Virus record (IMG/VR): IMGVR_UViG_3300010885_050383
Location: 1 to 64,000 of that record
Origin: a virus
DNA length: 64,000 nt
Reading direction: 5' to 3' (one strand)
Part shown: positions 48,955-58,039 of the stretch, in pieces
Layout of the letters: every line of letters starts with the position of its first letter
Position numbering within the stretch: position 1 is the first letter of the stretch
Notes under the pieces: generated by a model
What the model was told of the DNA's origin: nothing
What the model saw: the letters and a program-made list of their open reading frames with translations, nothing else
Database searches by the model: none
Position numbers and translations under genes: made by a program

Positions 48955-50094
48955 TTACCCATGCATTGCAGCAATATCTGCTGGATTAGGTGCTTGTGCA
49001 AAATAAACAGGCTTTTGAACATCCCCGCCCATAAAAAATACAAAAACTTTTGAATCTGGATTTGGCACTGAAAAAGTACCAACACCAGACCCTGCTAAAC
49101 CTATATTAGTATTTGGAAGAACAGTCGCAGCAACACGATTTAAATATTGTATTACACGTTTTCCAACAGATTGTGTGTTAGGTTGTGCAACAGATGCAGG
49201 GCTATTAACAAGTACAGACCCACCCCCCGCTGCATTAACAGCATAATTATAATTATTACTATTCCAGTAAGAAGTACGACCCGTTTGTATTGCTTTGACT
49301 GCTGCGGCTGCTTGTGCAGCAGGATCATAAACATTTTGTGAGTTTATTCCATAAAATGCATCAGTCGATCCGTCTGGTTTTACCCCACCAGTAAAACTAA
49401 ATAATCCTTCAGAAATCGTACCATTTGGTTCTCTAAATTTTTCGTTAATTGCAACATAACCATTTTTAATTGTGGATTCTCTTGACATTAAAGCATCTAA
49501 TAAATTTGCAGTTTGTTCGGGATTTTCCACACCACCCGCTTTAGCAGCTTGTAAATTAATAGCATGTGCATCGGCTACCGTTATCCACTGTGTATTACAT
49601 ACTGATTGCATTACATCTTGATTTCCTAACATTTGACTACAATCAAACCCTAATTCTGCTCCATTATAACTCTGTGCATTTTGACCCATTTTTGTATCTG
49701 TTGGTTTTTTTGCACAAAGAGTTTGATTAAACGTAGTTTGAGGCCATGATGGAGGATAATTGGTCGATCCTGTTATTGTAGATCCTTTTGTGTTGGCAGT
49801 TGTATTGGTAGCTGTATTGTATAATCCACTCGAACCACCAAAAACTGGAGCAGCACATTCTGCCCACGGTAAAATTTTTTGTAATGTTGCTAATAAATTC
49901 GTATCAATGTTATTTAAATCCTGACAACCTTTTATAACAGGATCTGTAAAATTACTTTGTTGTACTTTAGCATTTAAACTATTGAAAATAGTGCTGGTTA
50001 AATGAGGAACCCATACCTGAATCCTATTTCTTTTTTCTGGATCTGCAATTCCATTAACAACCAATCCTAAATGTATTCCGTAAACTGGTTCCAT
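48955..50094 (-). CDS. gp5: gp5 N-terminal OB-fold protein with inserted lysozyme/SLT-like domain
   Basis: GLVVNGIADPEKRNRIQVWVP...LPWAECAAP...FSVPNPDSKVFVFFMGGDVQKPVYF; insert contains LMSRES, GLFSF, YDPAAQAAAA. Confidence 0.72.
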   Translation of the reverse strand: MEPVYGIHLGLVVNGIADPEKRNRIQVWVPHLTSTIFNSLNAKVQQSNFTDPVIKGCQDLNNIDTNLLATLQKILPWAECAAPVFGGSSGLYNTATNTTANTKGSTITGSTNYPPSWPQTTFNQTLCAKKPTDTKMGQNAQSYNGAELGFDCSQMLGNQDVMQSVCNTQWITVADAHAINLQAAKAGGVENPEQTANLLDALMSRESTIKNGYVAINEKFREPNGTISEGLFSFTGGVKPDGSTDAFYGINSQNVYDPAAQAAAAVKAIQTGRTSYWNSNNYNYAVNAAGGGSVLVNSPASVAQPNTQSVGKRVIQYLNRVAATVLPNTNIGLAGSGVGTFSVPNPDSKVFVFFMGGDVQKPVYFAQAPNPADIAAMHG

Positions 50095-50102
50095 AATATT
50101 TT

Positions 50103-51434
50103 TTATGCTAAAGGATTTGTTATAAAATCTGTAAATGCTTTTGGTATATCAGAAGCATTGGTTGTAAACTGACCCAGATCTGTTTTTGCTTGATTAAAAT
50201 ATGGATTTGAATTTGTATCTAAAAATGCAAGTGGATTATTCGGATCAAAAAAGCCCGGATTTGCAAGTATGGGACTTTCTGCATAATTTCCAAAAGATCC
50301 AGTTCCAAGATTTCCTGTTCTATACCACTGACTATTATTTCCTGCAACACCAGCAGTAAGAAGTACTGATCCAAGAGGACCTAACTGACTTTCCAAACCA
50401 TAATGTAAAATTATTGCATTTGCTATTTGTAATGCTTTATTATGAGCAGCAACCCCAAGACCATAGTGACTAATTAAGTGTCCCATGAATGCTTCGGCAT
50501 CTCCTGCTAATTGATTTAAATCTGTAAGAATATTGTTAAGACCGGGAACCAAACTAAGAAGAGCTACTGGATTATAACAATAATTGAGTCCTTCTGCTGC
50601 ATAGTTAATAACAGTTTGAATGGAATTAATAGCATTAAACATTGCATCTCCTCCATCAAATAATTGGGCAAAAAAAGCAACATCATCAAGTAATGATTGA
50701 AAAGCACCAAGAACTGCACAGATTAAATCTAGTGGAATAATTGAATTAATAAAATTATATACCAGTTGTCCCATTGCTTGAAGAAGACCATTTACCATGT
50801 TTGCAAATCTTTGTAACATTAAAATAACACCATGATAGACATTATACATAGTTTGAATGAATCCTTGAATTGCACCCTGTGCTTTATAAAGAAAGTTTTG
50901 TAAATTTCCAAATGCACTAGGAGGTAAACTAAAATAAGATCTAGTACGAATTATATTACAAATATTTTCTATTTTTGTAACCATATTTGGATCTATACTG
51001 TTCAATGCGTCTGCTGCTAATGAATGTGTGTTTTGTGCAGGCCCTGTTAATGGATTTTGAAGCATTTGTGAGGTTGCTAATGTACCAATTCCTAAAAGAC
51101 CTCCTGTTACAAGTTGTCCACTCTTTCCTGCTGGAGTAAGTTTTTGACAAGCTTCTAAAAGATGATTATCATGCAATTGTCTAATAAAACTTTTATAATA
51201 TCCTTTAGGCCCATCAGTTATACTAAATGGAAGATATGGAGATTGTATAGACCAAGTATGTCCTATAGCGTTAAAACCATTTACCAAAATATCTAAATTA
51301 GCAGCATATTGATTATTATCTCCCAAACATCTAAAGGTATCTAAATTTGGTACAGTAAAAGCAGTTAGACCACAACTTTTCTGAAGATTAATTAATGCTT
51401 TTGAATCTGTGATTGTTATTTGACTAGCAGCCAT
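50103..51434 (-). CDS. Hypothetical virion protein with long amphipathic helical region
   Basis: 443 aa, upstream of gp5, low charge. Confidence 0.55.
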   Translation of the reverse strand: MAASQITITDSKALINLQKSCGLTAFTVPNLDTFRCLGDNNQYAANLDILVNGFNAIGHTWSIQSPYLPFSITDGPKGYYKSFIRQLHDNHLLEACQKLTPAGKSGQLVTGGLLGIGTLATSQMLQNPLTGPAQNTHSLAADALNSIDPNMVTKIENICNIIRTRSYFSLPPSAFGNLQNFLYKAQGAIQGFIQTMYNVYHGVILMLQRFANMVNGLLQAMGQLVYNFINSIIPLDLICAVLGAFQSLLDDVAFFAQLFDGGDAMFNAINSIQTVINYAAEGLNYCYNPVALLSLVPGLNNILTDLNQLAGDAEAFMGHLISHYGLGVAAHNKALQIANAIILHYGLESQLGPLGSVLLTAGVAGNNSQWYRTGNLGTGSFGNYAESPILANPGFFDPNNPLAFLDTNSNPYFNQAKTDLGQFTTNASDIPKAFTDFITNPLA

Positions 51435-51450
51435 AATATGTTACTATAAT
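51420..51450 (+). promoter_or_regulatory. sigma70-like promoter for dNMP kinase
   Basis: TTGACT-N16-TACTAT (overlapping TATAAT) before ATG 51456. Confidence 0.55.
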
Positions 51451-51455
51451 AACTT

Positions 51456-52061
51456 ATGCCTAAAACACATTTTTACGAACCAATTGGAATAGCTGGGAAT
51501 GCTTTTGTAGGAAAAGATACTCTTTGCAATTATTTAATCCAAGAATTTAAAAATAAACATAAAATAAAAGCAAAAAGATGCTCAATTGCGGGGGATACAA
51601 TTAGAAAAGACTTAAAATCCCTTCTTTTAAAAAAAGCTTCTATAGATATATATCACAATTATCCAGAAGAAAAAGAACTTATACGTCCTATTATGGTCGA
51701 ATATGGACGTTTAATGAGAAAACTAACGCAAGGAAGATATTTTATCAATCAAATAGAAACTAAAAAAAATTTTGGGGCTAATTTTATTCCAATTATTCCA
51801 GATATTAGGTATTCAGAATACCCATTTGACGAAGATCATTGGTTATTAAATGAAAAAAATGGACTTTTAATATATTTGGAAAGAAAAGATATTAAACCAG
51901 CTAATTTCTTTGAAAAAAATAACAATAAAGTTTTAAAACAACGTGCAAATATTGTTATCAACGTCCCAAATTTTAATAATATGAATGACTATCTACCAAA
52001 AATGCAAAAAAATATAGATAAGATTGTTACCACCTACCTATCGGGCATTTTTCAGCCTTAA
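51456..52061 (+). CDS. gp1: Deoxynucleoside monophosphate kinase (gp1-like)
   Basis: IGIAGNAFVGKDT, RPIMVEYG, IIPDIRY. Confidence 0.82.
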   Translation: MPKTHFYEPIGIAGNAFVGKDTLCNYLIQEFKNKHKIKAKRCSIAGDTIRKDLKSLLLKKASIDIYHNYPEEKELIRPIMVEYGRLMRKLTQGRYFINQIETKKNFGANFIPIIPDIRYSEYPFDEDHWLLNEKNGLLIYLERKDIKPANFFEKNNNKVLKQRANIVINVPNFNNMNDYLPKMQKNIDKIVTTYLSGIFQP

Positions 52062-52338
52062 GATAAGTTTTAATAGCCATAAAACAACCGCATTTATTAC
52101 ATCTCTGTTGGATAGAATTAAAAAATTCACATTTTTTACACACTTCCAAACGAGCATTTGCGTCTTGTTCGGTTAATTTTAATGCATTTCCAGAAGCTAC
52201 GCTTTGAATATTACGCACAACACTTTGGGAAAATGTTTTTGCCATAGTACCTAAAGAAGGTTTTTGGGGTTTATTAGAAGCTTGCAAACTTGCTATTCTA
52301 GCATTTTGTAAGCTTTGTTTTAGTGCATTTTTATCCAT
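52027..52338 (-). CDS. Small Cys-rich metal-binding protein
   Basis: RLEVCKKC...CNKCGCF...CPIGRW. Confidence 0.75.
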   Translation of the reverse strand: MDKNALKQSLQNARIASLQASNKPQKPSLGTMAKTFSQSVVRNIQSVASGNALKLTEQDANARLEVCKKCEFFNSIQQRCNKCGCFMAIKTYLKAEKCPIGRW

Positions 52339-52339
52339 A

Positions 52340-54034
52340 TTAATAATTATTCGTACCTTGTATTGTTGATACTGGATCTAATACATCCCACCAATTATTA
52401 AAGGCATCTACTTTTACAGCAATGATATTATTTATATAGTAGTTTTTTGAAAATACATGACTTACTTTAGTTATCATCCACTGTCCGAGTGCTTTATCAT
52501 CAAATGGATTTTTTTCATGCGTTGATGCATCACGATCAATAAACACAAAATTTCCGGGCGATCTAAAAGTAAGACCCGCAGAAGTAAATGAAATTGCTTG
52601 ATTTAATAATAAGAATCTATGCATCATCTCAACTCCTGCCATACCTTTTGGACGAAAGTTTTTGGGAACAAATTTATTGTTAAAGCTAAGACCTTTTTGT
52701 TTTGTTTGGTTTATGTTCAATAACAATTGTTTGCTATTTTTATAACCATATAATCCATCCGTGTATTTTTTTAAATTGGTATATAAATCTGTAACTTTAT
52801 TGTTTGTAAATTCTATATTAAATTGAGAACTCGAAAAATCAAAATTATGAAGAATGTTGTTATTAAGACTAAAATCATCTGCTGTAGTCATTGGAACAAA
52901 TTCATAGTTAGAAATTCTAGATGCTAAAGGAGATTCTAAATTTACCACTAAGGTTTTATCTGGATTATTATATCCAATTGGTGCTCTATTTAAATAGGGG
53001 GGTGACGCAGAATTGTCTACGCCATCTTGAATTATCAATCTTTCTATCTGATTTCCTTGTGCATTTTGAAAATAAAAACTTAAAGGTATGAGTGAAAATT
53101 CTTTGCCATTTGTATTATCATATCTATCAAGTCTTAAAAATAAAGGACTTCCATCGGATGCTTTTATACATCCCATAACATATTCCAAATCATCCAAAAC
53201 ACATGAATTTGCGGGAGCTGTATATTGAACATAGCTATCACTAGATCCTTTATCCCAGTTAGTAGTGCTAAAAGTACTGATAGGATATATTGGAGTATTT
53301 AAATTTTTGGGACCAAGAGCACCACCTACTTTTATTTGAGTCCCCAAAGGATTAGAATTATCAGAACCTGCGGTTGTTATTATGGACTTTATAGCATCAG
53401 ATGTTAGCATTGCTTTTGATCCATCTGAATTTGGTTTTGAATTTGGAATTCCCTGCCCTTTGTTGTATAAAGCTGTTGACCATTCTATATTTCTTTCAAG
53501 AAATATTTGATATCTTTCATCCACAAAATTAAGTTTCTTTAACTTTTTTTGTGGGTTTTCGGTTTTCAAATCTTCCATTTCATAAACGACACAATCATAA
53601 GACATTTGCCATTGTTTATCGGATAAAACTTCATCAATCCTTGATGGTAAAGGCTTTATTCTTATTGCTATTTTATTTCTGCCATCAGACCTAAAAAGAA
53701 ATGGAGCTTGTTTTTGGGGTAAATTTACAGATTTTTTTTTACCCAAATTAGAATTTTTTTTATCCGAATTGAAAACTTGCGATAATGCTCCTCTTTCAAG
53801 TATTTCATAATCATTTTTTAAAGTTATACTGCCAGAAATATACCAATTATGTAATTCTTCTTCTATGACAATTTCTTCAATGAAAAAAACTGGTATACCG
53901 AATGGTTCAAATCTTTCTAACTGATTATACATCCACACCTCCACTAGATATGGTTGATCTCTTATTAAAAGAATATTATTTTGGTCATGGTTTGACCAAA
54001 TACCGAGACTTTCTTGAATACCTAGATTTGCCAT
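52340..54034 (-). CDS. Baseplate hub protein (gp27-like)
   Basis: IEEE...ISGSITLKND N-terminus; AGLTFRSPGNFVFI...GQWMITKVSHVFS C-terminus. Confidence 0.65.
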   Translation of the reverse strand: MANLGIQESLGIWSNHDQNNILLIRDQPYLVEVWMYNQLERFEPFGIPVFFIEEIVIEEELHNWYISGSITLKNDYEILERGALSQVFNSDKKNSNLGKKKSVNLPQKQAPFLFRSDGRNKIAIRIKPLPSRIDEVLSDKQWQMSYDCVVYEMEDLKTENPQKKLKKLNFVDERYQIFLERNIEWSTALYNKGQGIPNSKPNSDGSKAMLTSDAIKSIITTAGSDNSNPLGTQIKVGGALGPKNLNTPIYPISTFSTTNWDKGSSDSYVQYTAPANSCVLDDLEYVMGCIKASDGSPLFLRLDRYDNTNGKEFSLIPLSFYFQNAQGNQIERLIIQDGVDNSASPPYLNRAPIGYNNPDKTLVVNLESPLASRISNYEFVPMTTADDFSLNNNILHNFDFSSSQFNIEFTNNKVTDLYTNLKKYTDGLYGYKNSKQLLLNINQTKQKGLSFNNKFVPKNFRPKGMAGVEMMHRFLLLNQAISFTSAGLTFRSPGNFVFIDRDASTHEKNPFDDKALGQWMITKVSHVFSKNYYINNIIAVKVDAFNNWWDVLDPVSTIQGTNNY

Positions 54035-54036
54035 AA

Positions 54037-54621
54037 TTAACAGGAAGGAATATTAACATTATTCAGCAGTTTAACTTCTAGCTGATTGAATATAAATGTT
54101 GCAGTACAAGAAATTTCGCCCGGTTCTTGATATGAAAATTCAAATTCACTCAATGCGGTTATGTGTGCTAATGTGTATGTAAAAGACATTATTTTATTAT
54201 TAAATTCATCAAGACTATAAACTGTAAAATTTGTGGCATAATCTGTCGTTGGATTTAATACTAAATTATTGTTTATGGTGTTTAAAGGACTTATACTTGT
54301 AGTGGCATTGTTAAAAAGATTAAGCCAATTCCACAAAATCCAATAATTTTGAAAACCATTATCAAGCAAAAATTTTACATTATAAGGCCCATAACTCGGA
54401 CGAGAGAAACTTGATGTGTTATATACTTGCCCACCAAAAGCAACTTCTTTTGAAGGAACAGATATCTTCGGCACAGGCGATCCTATGATTGTAAATTGGA
54501 TTGGGTCTGCATTATAACTTTCTCTTAAAATAGGATCTTGTATATTTTTTAATGCATTAGGAATATCCATAACGAATAAAAATTTGTCTTTCCTTGCTCT
54601 GTTTAATACGGTTTGATTCAT
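54037..54621 (-). CDS. Tail tube terminator/completion protein (gp3-like)
   Basis: PVPKISV...YGPYNVKFLLDNGFQNYWILWNW...ITALSEFEFSY...CTATFIF. Confidence 0.7.
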   Translation of the reverse strand: MNQTVLNRARKDKFLFVMDIPNALKNIQDPILRESYNADPIQFTIIGSPVPKISVPSKEVAFGGQVYNTSSFSRPSYGPYNVKFLLDNGFQNYWILWNWLNLFNNATTSISPLNTINNNLVLNPTTDYATNFTVYSLDEFNNKIMSFTYTLAHITALSEFEFSYQEPGEISCTATFIFNQLEVKLLNNVNIPSC

Positions 54622-54632
54622 TATATTAATAT

Positions 54633-56489
54633 TTAGAATAAAATCGTAGGATAATAAGATGATTCTGAAAAAGATTTATCTGAACTATTATGTTCTATGG
54701 GGGGTTTCATACGATCTTCTTCCATAGAATTTAACCACATTCTTAATGATTCTCTATCTTCTGATAACAAATCATTTTCTTGCATAAAAGGCTCTCCACC
54801 AACATCCGTATAAGGAACTGCTACTCCAGTTCTTCTGGCTATCGTGGATGCTGCACCCCCTATTAAAAGAGGACTTGCTTTTAAAAGATCACTATTATCT
54901 GAAAATGGATGTATTTTTAAAGGTCTTCCTTGGTCATCAAATTCATTTATAACAAAATATTTTGATACTAAATTAGGATCTAACATAAAAAGACCCCATA
55001 TCATAGCAAAGACTCTATCATCTAAATCCTTATCGTTCTTTTTTGTAAATGTAAAATTAGGCAAACGAATAAAATTGCCCATTTCTAAAACAGTTTCTTT
55101 ATCAAAAAACCTTACTGCTTTTAAACTATCAGTCCAATATCTAAAATTAGTTATCCCTTTATATTTTGTATTTGTATGGTTATGGATTCCAAAACGATTT
55201 GCATTGTTATAATGTTTACTAAATCCTTCAAAGTGATAGGAAACCACATTCTCATAATTATGCGTTTGACAAAGGACATCCAAAACTTGTTGTCCATTAT
55301 TGTTATTTTCAATAAGAATTGGAGGTCTTCCCCAATCATTAAGCACACTCAAAAGTTTTGTACCGAAGTGATAAGGACTCATTGTATTAGTTGCGTATAC
55401 AGCAACCTGTTCAATATTTTGAAGGTTGGATACATCCAAAATTTGAGCAACTGTATTACTTCTTCCAATACCTTCTCCAACATCAACACCTATTACATAA
55501 AAAGATTGGGGGTTGGGTAATTTGTAAATCCTATAATTTCCATCATCATTGACTAAAATAGGATCGGTACAGTTTATCAATAATTCTTTAAGATATTCCG
55601 AATCAATTACAGTTTTTCCGGGTTCGTGGAAAACGCAACCATATTCTTGATCGAAATCTTCTTTTGATCCGATAGTCCTTATTTCCTTTTCTTTCCAAAC
55701 TTCGTCTCTACCGGGTACATCCCACCAATTAACAATTTCCAAATGCCATTCACTATTTGGTTTTTGAGTTTCTAAATATAAATCATGAAATTTATTACCC
55801 ACGCCATTAGGTGTACTAATGACCACAACCTGTGATCTCTTCATGGAAGAGATAATTGGAAGTGCGGACTTCCAAAGTTCTTTCATAAGATCATTTGGGC
55901 AGTGAGCCATCTCATCAATGATAAGAAGATTACTCGTAGTACCACGAGGACCACTAGAAGAAGTCGTACTGATTGTTATTGCTGAATCATTTCCAAGAAC
56001 CAAACCATTGTTTCTCCAAGATTTGATGTGTGGTTTAAGGTAAACAGGAAGTTGTTCATATGCCATTTTAATTCTGGTAAAGATTTCTTTGGCAGTAGAT
56101 TCTTTATTAGCCACAATAGTAACTCTCTTGTCTGATTGAAAACACACCATCCAAAGAGCATAAATGGTTATTGTAGTCGTTTTTCCGCTTTGACGGCTAG
56201 AAAGTACCACATTGAACCTATTAGCTTTAAAAGCCTTTAAAAGCTTCTTTTGATATTTGTACAATTCAATTCTTCTTTTACCATCTTCTGTAATGATATA
56301 AAAATGTTTTTCAGCAAAATGTAAAATGCTTTTGGCACAGAGTTTAACCTCGTCCATCATCTCATCCGTCCACTTAAATGTGGCATCTTTACGAAGAATA
56401 TTTTCGTTTCCTTGGTAGAATTTTCCATCTACCAAGATGTCTTCATTGTCGTATTCTTCTATATTTTCGTTTTTTGGTTTTCTAGGCAT
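54633..56489 (-). CDS. gp17: Terminase large subunit
   Basis: LYKYQ, SRQSGKTT, IIDEMAH, ISTPNG, PGRD, FDQEY, GVDVGEG, DDRVFA. Confidence 0.96.
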   Translation of the reverse strand: MPRKPKNENIEEYDNEDILVDGKFYQGNENILRKDATFKWTDEMMDEVKLCAKSILHFAEKHFYIITEDGKRRIELYKYQKKLLKAFKANRFNVVLSSRQSGKTTTITIYALWMVCFQSDKRVTIVANKESTAKEIFTRIKMAYEQLPVYLKPHIKSWRNNGLVLGNDSAITISTTSSSGPRGTTSNLLIIDEMAHCPNDLMKELWKSALPIISSMKRSQVVVISTPNGVGNKFHDLYLETQKPNSEWHLEIVNWWDVPGRDEVWKEKEIRTIGSKEDFDQEYGCVFHEPGKTVIDSEYLKELLINCTDPILVNDDGNYRIYKLPNPQSFYVIGVDVGEGIGRSNTVAQILDVSNLQNIEQVAVYATNTMSPYHFGTKLLSVLNDWGRPPILIENNNNGQQVLDVLCQTHNYENVVSYHFEGFSKHYNNANRFGIHNHTNTKYKGITNFRYWTDSLKAVRFFDKETVLEMGNFIRLPNFTFTKKNDKDLDDRVFAMIWGLFMLDPNLVSKYFVINEFDDQGRPLKIHPFSDNSDLLKASPLLIGGAASTIARRTGVAVPYTDVGGEPFMQENDLLSEDRESLRMWLNSMEEDRMKPPIEHNSSDKSFSESSYYPTILF

Positions 56490-56529
56490 TGCTATTCAAA
56501 TACTTATAAAATATACTTAAAAGTATATA

Positions 56530-56886
56530 TTACTGAGATAGTTGTTGGTTTATTTGAGAAATAACAGTAGAAACGTAATTTGATTTTAAAAGTTTTAAAG
56601 TAGATCCCGGTGTCGGTCTTATTACGGGATTTTGAATTTGGTTGTATGCACAAACCAACCACCAAAGATCCATAGTATTATAATAATTATAAGAAATTAA
56701 AGCCCATGTATCGTTAAATTTAACAATATAACTATCTTCTGCATTTGAATTGGTAGATGGAAATAAATTTACAGAGCATAGTAAATTATAAAACTTGAAC
56801 CCATTATCATCCTTATAGATATTAAAAAAATTTTCATATCTATAACCCGAAATCATTGGTAAATCTGGAAAATTATCTTGTTTCAT
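56530..56886 (-). CDS. gp53: Baseplate wedge protein gp53-like (LysM-like)
   Basis: DTWALISYNYYNTMDLWWLVCAYNQIQNP. Confidence 0.8.
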   Translation of the reverse strand: MKQDNFPDLPMISGYRYENFFNIYKDDNGFKFYNLLCSVNLFPSTNSNAEDSYIVKFNDTWALISYNYYNTMDLWWLVCAYNQIQNPVIRPTPGSTLKLLKSNYVSTVISQINQQLSQ

Positions 56887-58034
56887 TTTGATGGTTTATA
56901 ATTTGGGTTAGGTACAGATACTTCTTTTCCAAGCATTACTGAAACTCCCTGTTTGGCATTTTTTGATGATGCTGAAGTATTGTCAATAACACTGACTTTA
57001 TTACCACCTATAGAACCAAGCATAATATTGGAAGATTCGGGTACTATTTCTTCAAATGTAATACTAACCTTATAAGCTTCTGGTATTATTCTTCCGTATG
57101 TTGAATTATTTAAAGTACCAGCATTACCTGCATATGAACCTGTATGCATAAATCTCGTAGTTCCTATAGATTGAACATCAAAACTACTTACAAAAGCTGC
57201 TGGCATATAAATACCTCCCCTACCCGGAGATTCTATTGTATAAATTTTAGGAGGTATAAAACTTAAAAATGATGTTCTCATTTTTAAGTTTTGTAGTTGA
57301 AATAAATTAACAAAATCAAAGTTTTCAATTGCACTTTTTTCATCTAAAGTATTATATAACGGAAAAGAAATTGTTAGTGTTTTGGCATTTGTACTAGAAT
57401 ATGTGACAATATCTTCCAAACCAAGCCCAGAACCTACAATTTCGTTTTGAAAAAACTTTCCAGTTTTATTTAATCCGCCAAAATTTATTTTCTTTTTCTC
57501 TTTATCTTTATCTTTTGTGGTTGGATCTTTTTTTGAATGAAAATCTATTATTGATCCTGCTGTTTCTATTAGACCTTCGACAGCACCCGTAAAATCCGTG
57601 AAAGCAGATGCAATATTATTTCTTTTCCAAACATTTGTTGTTTTTCCCCTTATACTAGCACCAGAATTTATTAAATGTGGAAAAACATATGTAAAACCTG
57701 TTTCATGTGCTCCATATATTTTTGCATACGGATCATTAGGATCTAGGTCATTTGTAAAATTATTATTTCCAGCAAAATTAAAAAACTTGTCCATTAATGC
57801 AACGGTATTAGAAATTATCTGACCGAAATTTAATTCCCATTCCTTTGCTATAACATAAGGAACTTCATCAACATATCCTCCCGCTGCATTCCAGTTAAAT
57901 TTTTCTAATATATCAACATATCCACCATTAGAACCGGGTGTTACGGATACATAGACAAACCCAGCAGAACCATTTGGATCTTTTCCGTTTATTATTTCTG
58001 CACTATATAAACTTGTATTAACTGTATTACTCAT
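56883..58034 (-). CDS. Baseplate tail-tube cap (gp48-like)
   Basis: TLTISFPLYN...PPKIY...AFVSSFDVQ...IPEAYKVSITFEEI tube-like fold; position before gp53. Confidence 0.55.
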   Translation of the reverse strand: MSNTVNTSLYSAEIINGKDPNGSAGFVYVSVTPGSNGGYVDILEKFNWNAAGGYVDEVPYVIAKEWELNFGQIISNTVALMDKFFNFAGNNNFTNDLDPNDPYAKIYGAHETGFTYVFPHLINSGASIRGKTTNVWKRNNIASAFTDFTGAVEGLIETAGSIIDFHSKKDPTTKDKDKEKKKINFGGLNKTGKFFQNEIVGSGLGLEDIVTYSSTNAKTLTISFPLYNTLDEKSAIENFDFVNLFQLQNLKMRTSFLSFIPPKIYTIESPGRGGIYMPAAFVSSFDVQSIGTTRFMHTGSYAGNAGTLNNSTYGRIIPEAYKVSITFEEIVPESSNIMLGSIGGNKVSVIDNTSASSKNAKQGVSVMLGKEVSVPNPNYKPSK

Positions 58035-58039
58035 AAAAA

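Noticed and set aside
34908-56489. Inteins or introns in polymerase, helicases, recombinase or terminase
   Set aside because: Lengths are normal, motifs are contiguous and no splice motifs were seen
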